DNA from: Methanotrichaceae archaeon
GTDB lineage: Archaea; Halobacteriota; Methanosarcinia; Methanotrichales; Methanotrichaceae
Reading direction: 5' to 3'
NCBI GenBank assembly: GCA_963813075.1
Contig: CAWEXU010000016.1
Coordinates: 1 to 64,000, forward strand
DNA length: 64,000 bases
Shown here: piece by piece, positions 29,687 through 39,815 of the stretch
Layout: each line of letters starts with the position of its first letter
How positions within the stretch are numbered: position 1 is the stretch's first letter
Notes under the pieces: generated by a model
The model's input: the letters and a program-made list of their open reading frames with translations, nothing else
What the model was told of the DNA's origin: nothing
Database searches by the model: none
Program-made: the position numbers and the translations under genes

Positions 29687-31975
29687 TCAGATCTTACCAA
29701 ATATATCCTGCTTGTAGGCTCCTTTCTCTCTTTTACTCCTGGCCAGCATAGAGGCATCAATGGCCTTGCGGTAGAACTTGTCTGCATACTCCTTGGCCAT
29801 GCGGGTGGCAGAGAAGTTTGGACCGTTCATCCTCATGGCCTCCTTCATCACCGTCACCCAGCCATGAGGGATGCCGTCCTCGGCTATGTTATAGTAGAGA
29901 GGCACGATCTCCTTTTCCAGCAGGGTGTAGATCGAGGCTGCGTCCTTTGCATCTCTGTCCGCCCCCTCCTCCGCCCCGGAGAAAGCCCAGCCGTTCTTGC
30001 CATTGTATCCTTCAATCCACCAGCCGTCCAGGATGGAAAGCTGGGGCACTCCATTCACCGAGGCCTTCATGCCGCTGGTCCCGCTCGCCTCCATGGGCGG
30101 GATGGGATTGTTCACCCAGACGTCGACCCCATGGACCATGTACTGGGCCAGCAGCTCATCGTAGTCCTCGACAAATGCTATCCTGCCACCAGACACTCTA
30201 TCCTTGGCAGCATTGAATACCTGCTGTAAGAGCATCTTGCTCAGCTGATCGTCCGCATGCGCTTTTCCGGCAAAAATGATCTGTACCGGCTTCCAGGGAT
30301 CATGGAGGATCCTCCTCAGCCGGTCGATGTCCTGCAGGAGGAGGGTAGGCCGCTTATAGGAGGCAAAGCGTCTGGCAAATCCCAATGTGAGGGCGGATGG
30401 GTCAAGGAGCACTCCGGAGGCCATAATCTGGCCCGGTTCGCCCCCCCCTTCCAGCCATTTGTTCCGCGCTCGCTCCTTTATCTTCGTGATCATCATGCTC
30501 TTCATGGCATTGTGATGGTGCCAGAGGACTTCGTCCGGAATCTCGCAGACCAGCTCCCAGATCCGGCTCTCATCATGCTCCTCCAGCCAGGTGCGGCCCA
30601 TATAGCGGCTGAAGATCTCATCTCCCAGCCGGCGGTCGATCCAGGAGGGGACATGAATCCCGTTGGTGACATAATCGATTGGCACCTCATCCACGGGGAG
30701 ACCGGGCCAGAGATGTTGCCACATATTCCTGCTCACTTCTCCGTGCTTCTTGCTCACCGCATTGCGGTAGGCCGAGGTGCGGAGGGCAAAGGCAGTCATA
30801 TTGAACTCACCTGGCCGGTCGGGGTTCAGCCCCATCTTGATGAACTCCTCCATGGAAAGATCCAGGGTGGGAAGATAAGAACTCAGGTATTTCTCCAGGA
30901 GAGGGTAAGCGAAGGCATCATGACCCGCAGGAACCGGGGTGTGAGTGGTGAACACCGTGGTATTTCTGACCAGCTCGAAGGCATCGCGGTAGCTCATCCC
31001 CTGCTCGACCATCTCCTGGATCCTCTCCAGCACGGCAAATGCAGGATGGCCTTCGTTCAGGTGAATGACGGAGTAATCCTCACCCAGGGCGCGCAATACC
31101 CTTGCCCCGCCAATCCCCAGGACTATCTCCTGGCGGAGGCGCATCTCCCGGTCTCCAGTGTAGAGCCGGTCGGAGATGACCCGGTTCTGGGGCTCATTGG
31201 CCTCGCTGGAGGTGTCGATCAGGTAGAGCTTTATCCTTCCCACCTGGACCATCCAGACCTCGAGGATGATTGGAGGGTCCATAACGGGAACCCTGATCGA
31301 TACGGGATTTCCATCCTCATCATACAGCTTATGGATGGGGGCATTCTCTCGGTCCAGCATCTCGCAGGCACCAACCTGCCAGCCGTCTGCAGAGACCATC
31401 TGGCGGAGGTAGCCCTGGGGATACATGAATCCCACACCTACCAGGGGGATGCCCAGGTCACTGCACTCTTTCAGGTAATCTCCGGCCAGAAATCCCAGGC
31501 CGCCGGCATAAAAGGGGAGAGCATGATGCAGGCCGTATTCTGCAGAGAAGTAGGCAATGGCACAATTATCCGGCTCTCGGCTCCCGGCGCAAAACCAGCT
31601 GCTGGCCGGCTCCATATAGCCCTCAAACCTGGCCATCACAGAATCGTAATGCCTCAGAAAGTGAGCATCAGTTGATGCCGCTTTTAGCATATGCGCATCC
31701 ATCTGGTTGAGCATCTTCACCGGATTTTGATTGCTCAGATACCACCCCTGCCTGTGCAGGAGCTTGAACAGCTCCCTGCCCTCAGGATGCCAGCTCCACC
31801 AGAGGTTATATGCCAGCTCCCTTAATCCTGCAATCCTTTCCGGCAAATGGGGGAATTTGTCTTTGATGCCTTTCATGAATTTTTTCAGCTCCAAGCAAAT
31901 TCCCATGCGGTTTTCCTCAGAGATATAGCCTTCGATATCGGATCGAATAGCCACAGAATGGTCTTCTGGGGTCAT
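29687..31975 (-). CDS. glgP: Alpha-glucan (glycogen) phosphorylase
   Basis: AYNLWWSW, YAGGLGFLAGD, HLNEGH, FTTHTPVPAGHD, FARRFASYKR, EASGTSGMK (PLP Lys). Confidence 0.95.
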   Translation of the reverse strand: MTPEDHSVAIRSDIEGYISEENRMGICLELKKFMKGIKDKFPHLPERIAGLRELAYNLWWSWHPEGRELFKLLHRQGWYLSNQNPVKMLNQMDAHMLKAASTDAHFLRHYDSVMARFEGYMEPASSWFCAGSREPDNCAIAYFSAEYGLHHALPFYAGGLGFLAGDYLKECSDLGIPLVGVGFMYPQGYLRQMVSADGWQVGACEMLDRENAPIHKLYDEDGNPVSIRVPVMDPPIILEVWMVQVGRIKLYLIDTSSEANEPQNRVISDRLYTGDREMRLRQEIVLGIGGARVLRALGEDYSVIHLNEGHPAFAVLERIQEMVEQGMSYRDAFELVRNTTVFTTHTPVPAGHDAFAYPLLEKYLSSYLPTLDLSMEEFIKMGLNPDRPGEFNMTAFALRTSAYRNAVSKKHGEVSRNMWQHLWPGLPVDEVPIDYVTNGIHVPSWIDRRLGDEIFSRYMGRTWLEEHDESRIWELVCEIPDEVLWHHHNAMKSMMITKIKERARNKWLEGGGEPGQIMASGVLLDPSALTLGFARRFASYKRPTLLLQDIDRLRRILHDPWKPVQIIFAGKAHADDQLSKMLLQQVFNAAKDRVSGGRIAFVEDYDELLAQYMVHGVDVWVNNPIPPMEASGTSGMKASVNGVPQLSILDGWWIEGYNGKNGWAFSGAEEGADRDAKDAASIYTLLEKEIVPLYYNIAEDGIPHGWVTVMKEAMRMNGPNFSATRMAKEYADKFYRKAIDASMLARSKREKGAYKQDIFGKI

Positions 31976-32061
31976 AGAATTATAATTTTTTCAAGGACTG
32001 TCATATTGTTCTCACTATGTACTATAATTCTCAGTCTGTGTCATAAAACGCTTATACAAAC

Positions 32062-32319
32062 ATGACAAAAACCAGCGGTATAGAACTGGTAATGTACTTT
32101 GCGCCAATCTATGAGGAAGAGGGAAAGATCAGGGTGAGGGCAATGAATGAAATTGAGGCACTGATTCGGAGGCGCGAGCTTCTCATCGAAAGGATCTCAA
32201 AAATGGATTATGAGGTCCAAAAGATAGATCATCGCATCGCTTACCTGGATGGGAAAGGGGCGGAGCGCATTGATGCCTTTCAGTTACAAAAAAGGTTGAT
32301 GAATGAGGTGTCCATTTGA
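32062..32319 (+). CDS. Small hypothetical coiled-coil protein (start uncertain)
   Basis: Open frame with heptad-like EIEALIRRRELLIERISKMDYEVQKID, filling the intergenic gap. Confidence 0.5.
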   Translation: MTKTSGIELVMYFAPIYEEEGKIRVRAMNEIEALIRRRELLIERISKMDYEVQKIDHRIAYLDGKGAERIDAFQLQKRLMNEVSI

Positions 32320-32344
32320 GTTTCCTCATATGCTTCAGAGCATT

Positions 32345-32590
32345 CTAAATCCCTGCCAGCATATTCACCCTATCCATGGCCTCCAAAAGATTTTCACCTT
32401 TTGGTGTAGTCTCATAGAGCTTCTTTTTTCCATGCTGGACCTCTAAGAGATTGTTCTTAACCAGAAGATCCAGGTAAGGCTCCACGGTTTTAAAATTAAG
32501 GTTTGCCTGATATACAACATGGGTCTTAATGGCACCATCCTTGCATATATTCAGGATCTGGGAGATTATCTCTTCTCTATTTCTCTTCAT
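32345..32590 (-). CDS. Small archaeal winged-helix transcriptional regulator
   Basis: KRNREEIISQIL, KTHVVYQANLNF, YETTPKG. Confidence 0.85.
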   Translation of the reverse strand: MKRNREEIISQILNICKDGAIKTHVVYQANLNFKTVEPYLDLLVKNNLLEVQHGKKKLYETTPKGENLLEAMDRVNMLAGI

Positions 32591-32785
32591 ATACCACCAC
32601 ACTCCTAGTTCTTATATTCGATAAGGTCCTATGTTCTATATTATATGTCCCTACAATTTAAGGCTCTATGACACAAATCAAGAATTATAGCACAAAACGT
32701 GAACAATATGTGATCTTTTTTAATTTACAATAGATGTTGATGTGCTATTTGATACAACGATGCACTGCCAAAGGGCTGATTGCCT

Positions 32786-33235
32786 TCAAGTGCAAAAGAC
32801 ATTTTGGGTGGAGTTGACATTATAAAATGTATCAATCTTGCCACCAGGATACACCACAGACAGCTTCTCCACCTCATTTTTCAGCGGCTTATCCTCGGTG
32901 CCAAAGGGACAGGAGTAAAATAGATAGCAGTTGTCGAGATTCTTCCCTGCTCCATCAACCTCTAAAGCCGCACCATTCTCATCTGCTTTTATAAGCTTCA
33001 CATCTCTGTATCCACCGAGGAATGAGACCAGGTCCGGCTCCAAATGCCGGCATCCCAAAGCGAGTACATAAAGGCGGGTAAATGTATCAAGAGTATAATT
33101 GAGTTCAAATATGGCCCGATCTTTATCCAGATGCATTGTGACCTCCTTGACTTCGATATACTCCGCTCTAGCGCTGCTCGAGAAAGAAAGGGCAATTGCT
33201 GCCAGTATTAACAGAGTTAGAGCTACATACCTCAT
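32786..33235 (-). CDS. Secreted hypothetical protein
   Basis: Signal peptide ending ARA; 4 nt downstream of the DUF2116-like gene. Confidence 0.7.
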   Translation of the reverse strand: MRYVALTLLILAAIALSFSSSARAEYIEVKEVTMHLDKDRAIFELNYTLDTFTRLYVLALGCRHLEPDLVSFLGGYRDVKLIKADENGAALEVDGAGKNLDNCYLFYSCPFGTEDKPLKNEVEKLSVVYPGGKIDTFYNVNSTQNVFCT

Positions 33236-33239
33236 TCAT

Positions 33240-33458
33240 TCACCCGGTCGTTTTAAGAATTGATGGTATAAACAATATTAAGCCCATTACCAAAATAAAT
33301 ATTATAAATATAATTTGTTGTCGCTTTTGCGCTGACTTGTACTTCGATTCGCAGAGCTCATCGCAGAAGCTCTCGTCTGGGCGCACGGAATTGCCGCAGA
33401 CCAAACAGTGTTTATGCGGTGGGATCTCTGTCATCCAATCATCGTCCATTGGAAACAT
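33240..33458 (-). CDS. DUF2116-like Zn-ribbon membrane protein
   Basis: IPPHKHCLVCG..V...ESFCDELC followed by one TM helix. Confidence 0.8.
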   Translation of the reverse strand: MFPMDDDWMTEIPPHKHCLVCGNSVRPDESFCDELCESKYKSAQKRQQIIFIIFILVMGLILFIPSILKTTG

Positions 33459-33524
33459 GTAGGGGGAAGTAGATAAGGTTTATCCTTTCTCGGAAATAAT
33501 TTGATAAAATTTTGATAGATTGTG

Positions 33525-33552
33525 TGGACTCTTGATACTGGACTCTTGATAC
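33525..33552. repeat. Perfect 14-bp tandem duplication in an intergenic region
   Basis: TGGACTCTTGATAC x2. Confidence 0.8.
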
Positions 33553-33880
33553 CATGTTTTAATATAACCATTAATTACAACAAATTTTCTGCTCAAATTC
33601 ATTTCTGCAAACTATGGCGAAAACGAGTTACAGCAATAGAAATAGCCGGCTGGAAAGCTGCGATATGGTATCCTGATTCCCTTTTTAGATATATGACTTA
33701 CGAAATAACATTATCAAATAGATCATGCATTTTGATATAATTTTTTAGATTTTCCTTTCAAAGAGGAAAGAAATTTAGCTCTATTTTTCCATTGGAAATA
33801 AAGGGGTTTGATCGAATCGGATTTCTCACCATTCTCACCAATTGCATTAACTATAAAAGGTGCCTTGGCAAGTAGTACTC

Positions 33881-35866
33881 ATGCCAAGATTACCATTGAT
33901 AATCTTCCTGGCCTTGCTCATCTGGCTTGTTCCGGTTGACGGCGCAAGAACTTATATTGTGGATGACGACGGCTTTTCTAACTACATTACCATTCAAGAG
34001 GCCGTTTCTGCAGCCAGCGATGGAGATACGATATACGTTAAGCCGGGAAACTACAGTGAGGAGGTCGTCCTGAACAAGAGCCTCAGCCTTATGCCACTCC
34101 TGGGAGAGAGCGGTCCGATAGTGCTCAGAGGAGAGGGCAAAGAGACAGCAATCACAATATCTTCAGATGGCTGCCTCATCGAAGGCCTAATCTTTCAGGG
34201 CTATTCGGGAGCTGGTGTAAAGCTTCTTTCTCGGGGAAACAGCATTAAGAAAAATGTGTTCGAAGATGCCAGCCCGGCCATTTTAGCCTCCGGCTCGCTA
34301 GAAAACTCGATAAGTGAAAACCTGATTAAAAACTGCTCGGGTGGAGTGGCTCTAAGAGATGCCTCCAGCAACAACAGCATTGAGAGAAATGAGATCACAG
34401 GCTGCAATATATCCGTATTTCTGGGAGAGGCGGATGCAAATAGAATTGTTGAGAACAACATATCAGATTCTTATTGGGGTATATGGCTGGATAATACCAG
34501 CCGCGTCCAGGTGGAAGGAAATCGGGTCAGCAGCAAGAACTACGGCGTCCTGCTGGTAAATGCAAGCAGCATCATTGTTGCCGACAACCTGGTTTCAATC
34601 GAGCAGGGAGGCCTTAACACCAGCCGCGCCGCGCTCCTCGCCAATGTCAGTGATGTCGATTTAGAGGATAATGAGATCATTGGCGGACAGATCGGTCTGG
34701 CCGCTTTGGAGTGCCACAATACCCGGTTGCAGAATAACAGGATCTCCCAGAGCAAAAATGCCACATATATACAGGATTCCGCCGGCCTAAAGATCAATAA
34801 CAACAGCATTCAGAATGCCGAGTTTGGCCTGAGGCTGGAAAACTCGAGCAACAATTCAGTCATTGGAAACCTGGTGGAAGATTGTGTCATTGCCCTATAC
34901 TTCAGCGCCGCGGAAGATAACCGAGTTCTTGAAAACCGCTTTGTGGGCATAAGCGATACTGCGATGCAGATCGCATCCTCTGATAGTTGCGAGATTCTGG
35001 AAAATGATGTCACCGACAGCGCTCGGGGGATAATACTGGTGGAATCCTCTGCCAATCTGCTCCAGGCTAACCGCTTCCAGAATGTGACCTGGGGCTTTTA
35101 TGTGGAGAGCGGGACAAAAGAGGGCTTTAATAACACCATAGATGAATCCAACATTGTAGACCTCGTCCCTGTGGCTTATCTATTCGACCGGTCAGGAATA
35201 GAGATCAGGGACCGAAGAATAGCTCACCTCACCATGGCATACTGCAGGAATGTGACGGTGGAAAATATAACTGTAACTCGCGATGCCATCTTCCTGTACG
35301 ATTCCATGAACAACAGCATAAAAAACAGCAATATATCTAATTGCTTTGGCATGCGGCTTGTCAACTCCTCCGGGAATGATATCCTGGGCAACCTGCTGAT
35401 AGCCAACAAATACAGTGGAATGCTCCTTTTTGCCTCGGACTGGAATCGGATTGAGCGGAATACCGTCTCGGACAACGAGCAGAACGGAATATCGCTCCTT
35501 TCCTGCAACCGGAGTATCATTCGCGATAATGCCGTCCAGAGAAATCAGGTTACTGGAATCTGGCTTAATCTCTCTGACTCCAACCAGATCTACGAGAACA
35601 ATATAACCGCCAATTCCCTGGGCAGTCAGATCTTGCTGTCCAATGGGAACGAGATCTATCACAACAACTTCATCGACAACATAGAGCATTCGATAGATTC
35701 CGATGGGATCAACAGCTGGGATGCTGGCAACACCACTGGTGGAAACTACTGGAGCGGCCAAACAGCTAAGGGCAACCCCAGCAGCAGCTGGCCCCGACCG
35801 ATCAAAGGAGGAAATGCAATAGATAGATATCCCTTCCAGGATGCGAGCGGCTGGCGGGCGGCATAA
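33881..35866 (+). CDS. Cell-surface right-handed beta-helix protein (NosD/CASH repeats)
   Basis: Signal peptide; VDDDG..Y.TIQEAV..A..GDTIYVKPGNYSE; many GIxLxxSxxNxIxxN repeats; GGNYWS and IDRYP at the C-terminus. Confidence 0.88.
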   Translation: MPRLPLIIFLALLIWLVPVDGARTYIVDDDGFSNYITIQEAVSAASDGDTIYVKPGNYSEEVVLNKSLSLMPLLGESGPIVLRGEGKETAITISSDGCLIEGLIFQGYSGAGVKLLSRGNSIKKNVFEDASPAILASGSLENSISENLIKNCSGGVALRDASSNNSIERNEITGCNISVFLGEADANRIVENNISDSYWGIWLDNTSRVQVEGNRVSSKNYGVLLVNASSIIVADNLVSIEQGGLNTSRAALLANVSDVDLEDNEIIGGQIGLAALECHNTRLQNNRISQSKNATYIQDSAGLKINNNSIQNAEFGLRLENSSNNSVIGNLVEDCVIALYFSAAEDNRVLENRFVGISDTAMQIASSDSCEILENDVTDSARGIILVESSANLLQANRFQNVTWGFYVESGTKEGFNNTIDESNIVDLVPVAYLFDRSGIEIRDRRIAHLTMAYCRNVTVENITVTRDAIFLYDSMNNSIKNSNISNCFGMRLVNSSGNDILGNLLIANKYSGMLLFASDWNRIERNTVSDNEQNGISLLSCNRSIIRDNAVQRNQVTGIWLNLSDSNQIYENNITANSLGSQILLSNGNEIYHNNFIDNIEHSIDSDGINSWDAGNTTGGNYWSGQTAKGNPSSSWPRPIKGGNAIDRYPFQDASGWRAA

Positions 35867-35964
35867 TTACTGCCCTGCTTATTTTTTCTCGATCCAAGCC
35901 ATTTGAAACTGAAGCATTTGAAACCGCAATCTTCTTAAGATGATGTCAGAATAATGTAGAGAAT

Positions 35965-36138
35965 ATGGCAAGAAGGAAGAACGAAGGAAGTGGCCTACAG
36001 TCATCAGCCGGCCTGATGAGATACTTTGAGGCCGATGACGACTCGATCAAGTTCAGCCCCAAAATGGTTCTCGGTGCCTGCACCGGCGCGGGAGCAGTCA
36101 TTATGGGCCTGAATATCGCCTTTGGCCTCTGGCCTTAG
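35965..36138 (+). CDS. secG: Preprotein translocase subunit Sec61beta (57 aa, absent from the ORF track)
   Basis: MARRKNEGSGLQSSAGLMRYFEADDDSIKFSPKMVLG plus a TM helix; SAGLMRYF signature. Confidence 0.92.
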   Translation: MARRKNEGSGLQSSAGLMRYFEADDDSIKFSPKMVLGACTGAGAVIMGLNIAFGLWP

Positions 36139-36172
36139 TCCAATCCCACGAGGAAAAAAATCAATTTTTTTG

Positions 36173-36213
36173 TAGCGGCCTCAAAGGTAGCTTAGGCTTT
36201 TGAGTTGCCGCTA
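36173..36213. other. Imperfect hairpin between convergent secG and mfnA
   Basis: TAGCGGC-CTCAAAG ... CTTTTGAG-TT-GCCGCTA, preceded by A7 and T7 tracts. Confidence 0.5.
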
Positions 36214-36267
36214 TCCTTTAACTCATTGACTCATCCTGCTATCTTTGACACATCTTTCTTGGTTTGG

Positions 36268-37404
36268 TTAAGCAAAATCTGCCAGGATCTCCTTTAAGTC
36301 CGCCAAAAACAGATCGATGTTTTCATGGCTCATATGGGTCATAAGGATCAACCTCAACGCTCTGTTCGGCTCCCGAGTTATGGAAACATGCCAGTCGCGA
36401 TCCATTAGCCTTTCGCGAACTCTGGATGTCTCAGGAACCTTCAGAGAAACAACATTCATCACCGGCTCGATCAGGGGCTCAACACCGATCTCTTTTGCCC
36501 CCCGGACCAGATGATCGGTGAGATCCATGCAGTAGCTCACCATCTCCCGGAATCCAGCTCTGCCCAGGTGCATCATCACCGCATAGGTGGCGGCGGCGGC
36601 AGCACCGCTTCTGGTGCCGGTCAGTGAAGCCTGTCTGGCTTTGGTGAGATAATGGGTCTCGGTCTCCAGAGCGTTCATGCACTCCTGGCTGCGGAAGAGC
36701 AGGCCGCCGGCGGGAATGGTAGCGAGGCCCATCTTATGAGGATCTATGGTGATCGATTTGACTCCTGGCAGGGAAAAATCCCAGGCAAAGGACCTGTCCA
36801 GGAAGGGGATGACGAATCCGCCAAAGGCCGCATCGACATGGAGATGAACCCCCCATTCAAGGGCCAGATCGGATAGCTCTTCGATTGGATCGACCTGTCC
36901 GAACTCTGTAGTTCCCGCTATTCCCACCAGGGCCACCGTCTGCTCGTCGATCAACGACTTCACTGAGGTGAGATCGACCCTTAGCTGGGAATCAAGTTTC
37001 GCTTTGCGCACCTCTAAAGAGAGAAGATCCCCGATCTTGTCAAATGAGAAGTGGGCGGATGCGGGAACCACTATATTTCCATTCTTTTTGCCAGACTCAT
37101 TTCTGGCCGCCCGGATGGCCTGGATGTTCGACTCCGTGCCTCCGGTGGAGATGTAGCCCCGGGCATCAGGACAGCCCAGGAGCTCTCCCAGCATATGAAC
37201 TACCTCCCCTTCCAGCCCTGCTACGCCCGGAAACAGCCCCGGATCGCCCAGGTTTGTCTCCAGAAACATGTCATGAGCCCTTACCGCAATGGGATGGGGG
37301 CGGGTGCACATGGTGGAGAAGAAGCGGTCGTAGCTGTAGTCGCGCTCTCTCGTCCTCTCCAGAATGGCGATTACTTCCTCCGCGGGAAGGGCTTTTTCTC
37401 TCAT
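36268..37404 (-). CDS. mfnA: L-tyrosine/L-aspartate decarboxylase
   Basis: STMCTRPHP, NLGDPGLFPG, GGTESN, HVDAAFGG, IDPHKMG (PLP Lys), LTGTRSG. Confidence 0.93.
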   Translation of the reverse strand: MREKALPAEEVIAILERTRERDYSYDRFFSTMCTRPHPIAVRAHDMFLETNLGDPGLFPGVAGLEGEVVHMLGELLGCPDARGYISTGGTESNIQAIRAARNESGKKNGNIVVPASAHFSFDKIGDLLSLEVRKAKLDSQLRVDLTSVKSLIDEQTVALVGIAGTTEFGQVDPIEELSDLALEWGVHLHVDAAFGGFVIPFLDRSFAWDFSLPGVKSITIDPHKMGLATIPAGGLLFRSQECMNALETETHYLTKARQASLTGTRSGAAAAATYAVMMHLGRAGFREMVSYCMDLTDHLVRGAKEIGVEPLIEPVMNVVSLKVPETSRVRERLMDRDWHVSITREPNRALRLILMTHMSHENIDLFLADLKEILADFA

Positions 37405-37408
37405 AGAT

Positions 37409-39691
37409 TCAGTCTCTATTTCTCAGAGCATCCAGGATCAGGATCTTCTCGCTCCTGGCCACGGTATCCCTGACTGTAGCCACGGCATCGATGTTAGCGG
37501 ATATGCTGGTGATACCCATCTGCACCAATTTTTTGGCCATCTCCGGATATGATCCTGCCTGGCCGCAGATAGAGGTCTTGACTCCTGCTTCGCGACACTG
37601 CTCCACCACATACTCGATCAGCTTCAGGACGGCTGGATGAAGCTCGGAGTACAGCCCGGCCACATTCTCATTGTTCCGGTCAACTGCCAGGGTGTACTGG
37701 GTCAGATCGTTGGTTCCAAAGGAGACGAAATCTATTCCATCCTCAATGAAGTCCTCAATGGTCAGAGCCGCTCCTGGGGTCTCGATCATGACGCCCACAT
37801 CGATCTTATCCAGGTCCAGGCCTTCATCTCTCATTATGGCCTTGGCCTTCTGGAACTCGCTGACATGCTGGACCATGGGCAGCATGATGCCCACGTTGGT
37901 CAGGCCCATCTCATGCAGCCTCTTGAAGGCTCTGATTTCCAGGCGGAAGTGATCGGTCTCGGTCATATCCCGTCTTATGCCTCTCCAGCCCAGCATGGGG
38001 TTGTGCTCATGAGGCTCGCCCTCTCCTCCCTCCATGGCCCGGAACTCGTCCGTGGGGGCATCCAGAGTGCGCACCCAGACCGGCCGGGGATAGAAGGCAT
38101 CGGCAACGGTCTTGACTCCACCCACCAGCTCCGATATGTACTCCTCAGTCTTCCCGTTCTTGATATACCAGTTGGGGGTCTTGCCCATGCCTAAGATCAT
38201 GTGCTCGATCCTGAGAAGTCCCACTCCATCGGCCTGAGTGGCGGCTGCTGCCTCTGCCCTGTCCGGCTCGCTGACATTGACCTTGATCTCCGTGGCCGTC
38301 ACCGGCTTGGAGTAGAAGACGCCTCCCGCCGCTGTGGGGGCTGCCTTTGCTGGCGCGGCATGGGCCACCACTCCCTCGTAGACAATGCCTTTGCCACCGT
38401 CCACGGTGATCTCCATGCCGTCTTTGAGAATGCTGGTGGCCTTCTTGGTCCCCACCACTGCCGGACATCCCAGCTCCCGGCTGACGATGGCGGCATGGCA
38501 GGCCATTCCACCCTCATCGGTGACGATGGCACCGGCACGTTTCATCCCTGGAACCATATCCGGCATGGTCATCTTGGTCACCATGATGTCCCCCTGCTTG
38601 ATCTTGTCCAGGTCCCTGCCGCTGGTGATTATCTTTACAATGCCGCTGGCCACGCCCGGCGCTGCACCCAGCCCGTTCAAAAGGATCTTGCCGCTGCCGG
38701 ATGCTGCTGAGCCCGCGGCCTTCTTCTCGCTGCTGATGGTGGTGATAGGACGGGACTGGAGGATGTAGATCTTGTTTTTCTCCACTCCCCATTCGATATC
38801 CTGAGGAAGGCCGTAGTGCTCTTCCAGGATCTCGCCGTATTTGGCCAGCTCGATGATCTCATTATCGGTGAGGACCACTGCCTCCTTCTTCTTGGCAGGC
38901 ACTTTGGTAGTGGTCGTCTTATGAGTCTTGGGGTCTCTGGTGATCATGATCTCTTTGGCAGCGATATACCTGTTCACTATCTTCTTGGTCTTCCGGTCCA
39001 CCACATAGTTGTCCGGCGAGACGCTGCCGCTGACCACGGACTCCCCCAGACCCCAGGCGGCCTCAATGACCACCAGTGGCTCGCCAGTGCTCGGCTGGGA
39101 GCTGAACATAACTCCTGCCTTCTCTGAGTCCACCATCAGCTGCACTATGGCGGATAGATTGACTTTATTGTGCTCGAAGCCCTGCTCCACCCGGTAGAAG
39201 ATGGCTCTGGCCCCGTAAAGGGATGCCCAGCACTTGCGCACGGCATTGAATACGTCCTCTGCGCCGCGCGTATTGAGATAGGTCTCCTGCTGGCCGGCGA
39301 AGCTGGCGTCGGGCAGGTCCTCGGCGGTGGCGCTCGACCTTACAGCCACGTAAACCTCTTTGCCCTCTCTTTTGCACAGCTCCTGGTAGCGGGTTTTTAT
39401 GGCATCTTCAATATCCTTCGGCACCTTGGCGTCCATAATGAGCTTCTTTGCCGTCTGCTCGGCTCGATGAAGCTCAGTCTCCTGGTTTACATCGACTTTG
39501 AGGGCCTCGAAGAGCTTATCCGCAATGCCCGCCCGGTTGATGAAGTCTCTGAAGGCCTGGGCCGTGACCGCAAAACCACCAGGAACGGGAACGCCTATAT
39601 TGATCATCTCGCCGAGGCTTGCACCCTTGCCGCCGACAATGGACAGGTCTTCCTTGCCGACATCCTCCAACCATACAACAGCATCCATCAA
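37409..39691 (-). CDS. ppsA: Phosphoenolpyruvate synthase
   Basis: VGGKGASLGEM, AVRSSATAEDLPDASFAGQQET, GGMACHAAIVSRELG (phospho-His), SFGTNDLTQY, SICGQA. Confidence 0.95.
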   Translation of the reverse strand: MMDAVVWLEDVGKEDLSIVGGKGASLGEMINIGVPVPGGFAVTAQAFRDFINRAGIADKLFEALKVDVNQETELHRAEQTAKKLIMDAKVPKDIEDAIKTRYQELCKREGKEVYVAVRSSATAEDLPDASFAGQQETYLNTRGAEDVFNAVRKCWASLYGARAIFYRVEQGFEHNKVNLSAIVQLMVDSEKAGVMFSSQPSTGEPLVVIEAAWGLGESVVSGSVSPDNYVVDRKTKKIVNRYIAAKEIMITRDPKTHKTTTTKVPAKKKEAVVLTDNEIIELAKYGEILEEHYGLPQDIEWGVEKNKIYILQSRPITTISSEKKAAGSAASGSGKILLNGLGAAPGVASGIVKIITSGRDLDKIKQGDIMVTKMTMPDMVPGMKRAGAIVTDEGGMACHAAIVSRELGCPAVVGTKKATSILKDGMEITVDGGKGIVYEGVVAHAAPAKAAPTAAGGVFYSKPVTATEIKVNVSEPDRAEAAAATQADGVGLLRIEHMILGMGKTPNWYIKNGKTEEYISELVGGVKTVADAFYPRPVWVRTLDAPTDEFRAMEGGEGEPHEHNPMLGWRGIRRDMTETDHFRLEIRAFKRLHEMGLTNVGIMLPMVQHVSEFQKAKAIMRDEGLDLDKIDVGVMIETPGAALTIEDFIEDGIDFVSFGTNDLTQYTLAVDRNNENVAGLYSELHPAVLKLIEYVVEQCREAGVKTSICGQAGSYPEMAKKLVQMGITSISANIDAVATVRDTVARSEKILILDALRNRD

Positions 39692-39815
39692 ATCATCCGC
39701 CCAATATTACTGGTCAATATGACCACCCCTCCATCATAACATTATATGAAGCTTTCACATGATATATAGAATATATACAAAAGCATTTATCCAGGATCAT
39801 TCAAGTCCAGACAGC

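Noticed and set aside
30257..31675. Long antisense ORFs (this 472-aa one, also 1593..2624, 4550..5521, 47260..48294)
   Set aside because: Shadow frames of well-supported genes in GC-rich coding DNA, with no recognisable motifs
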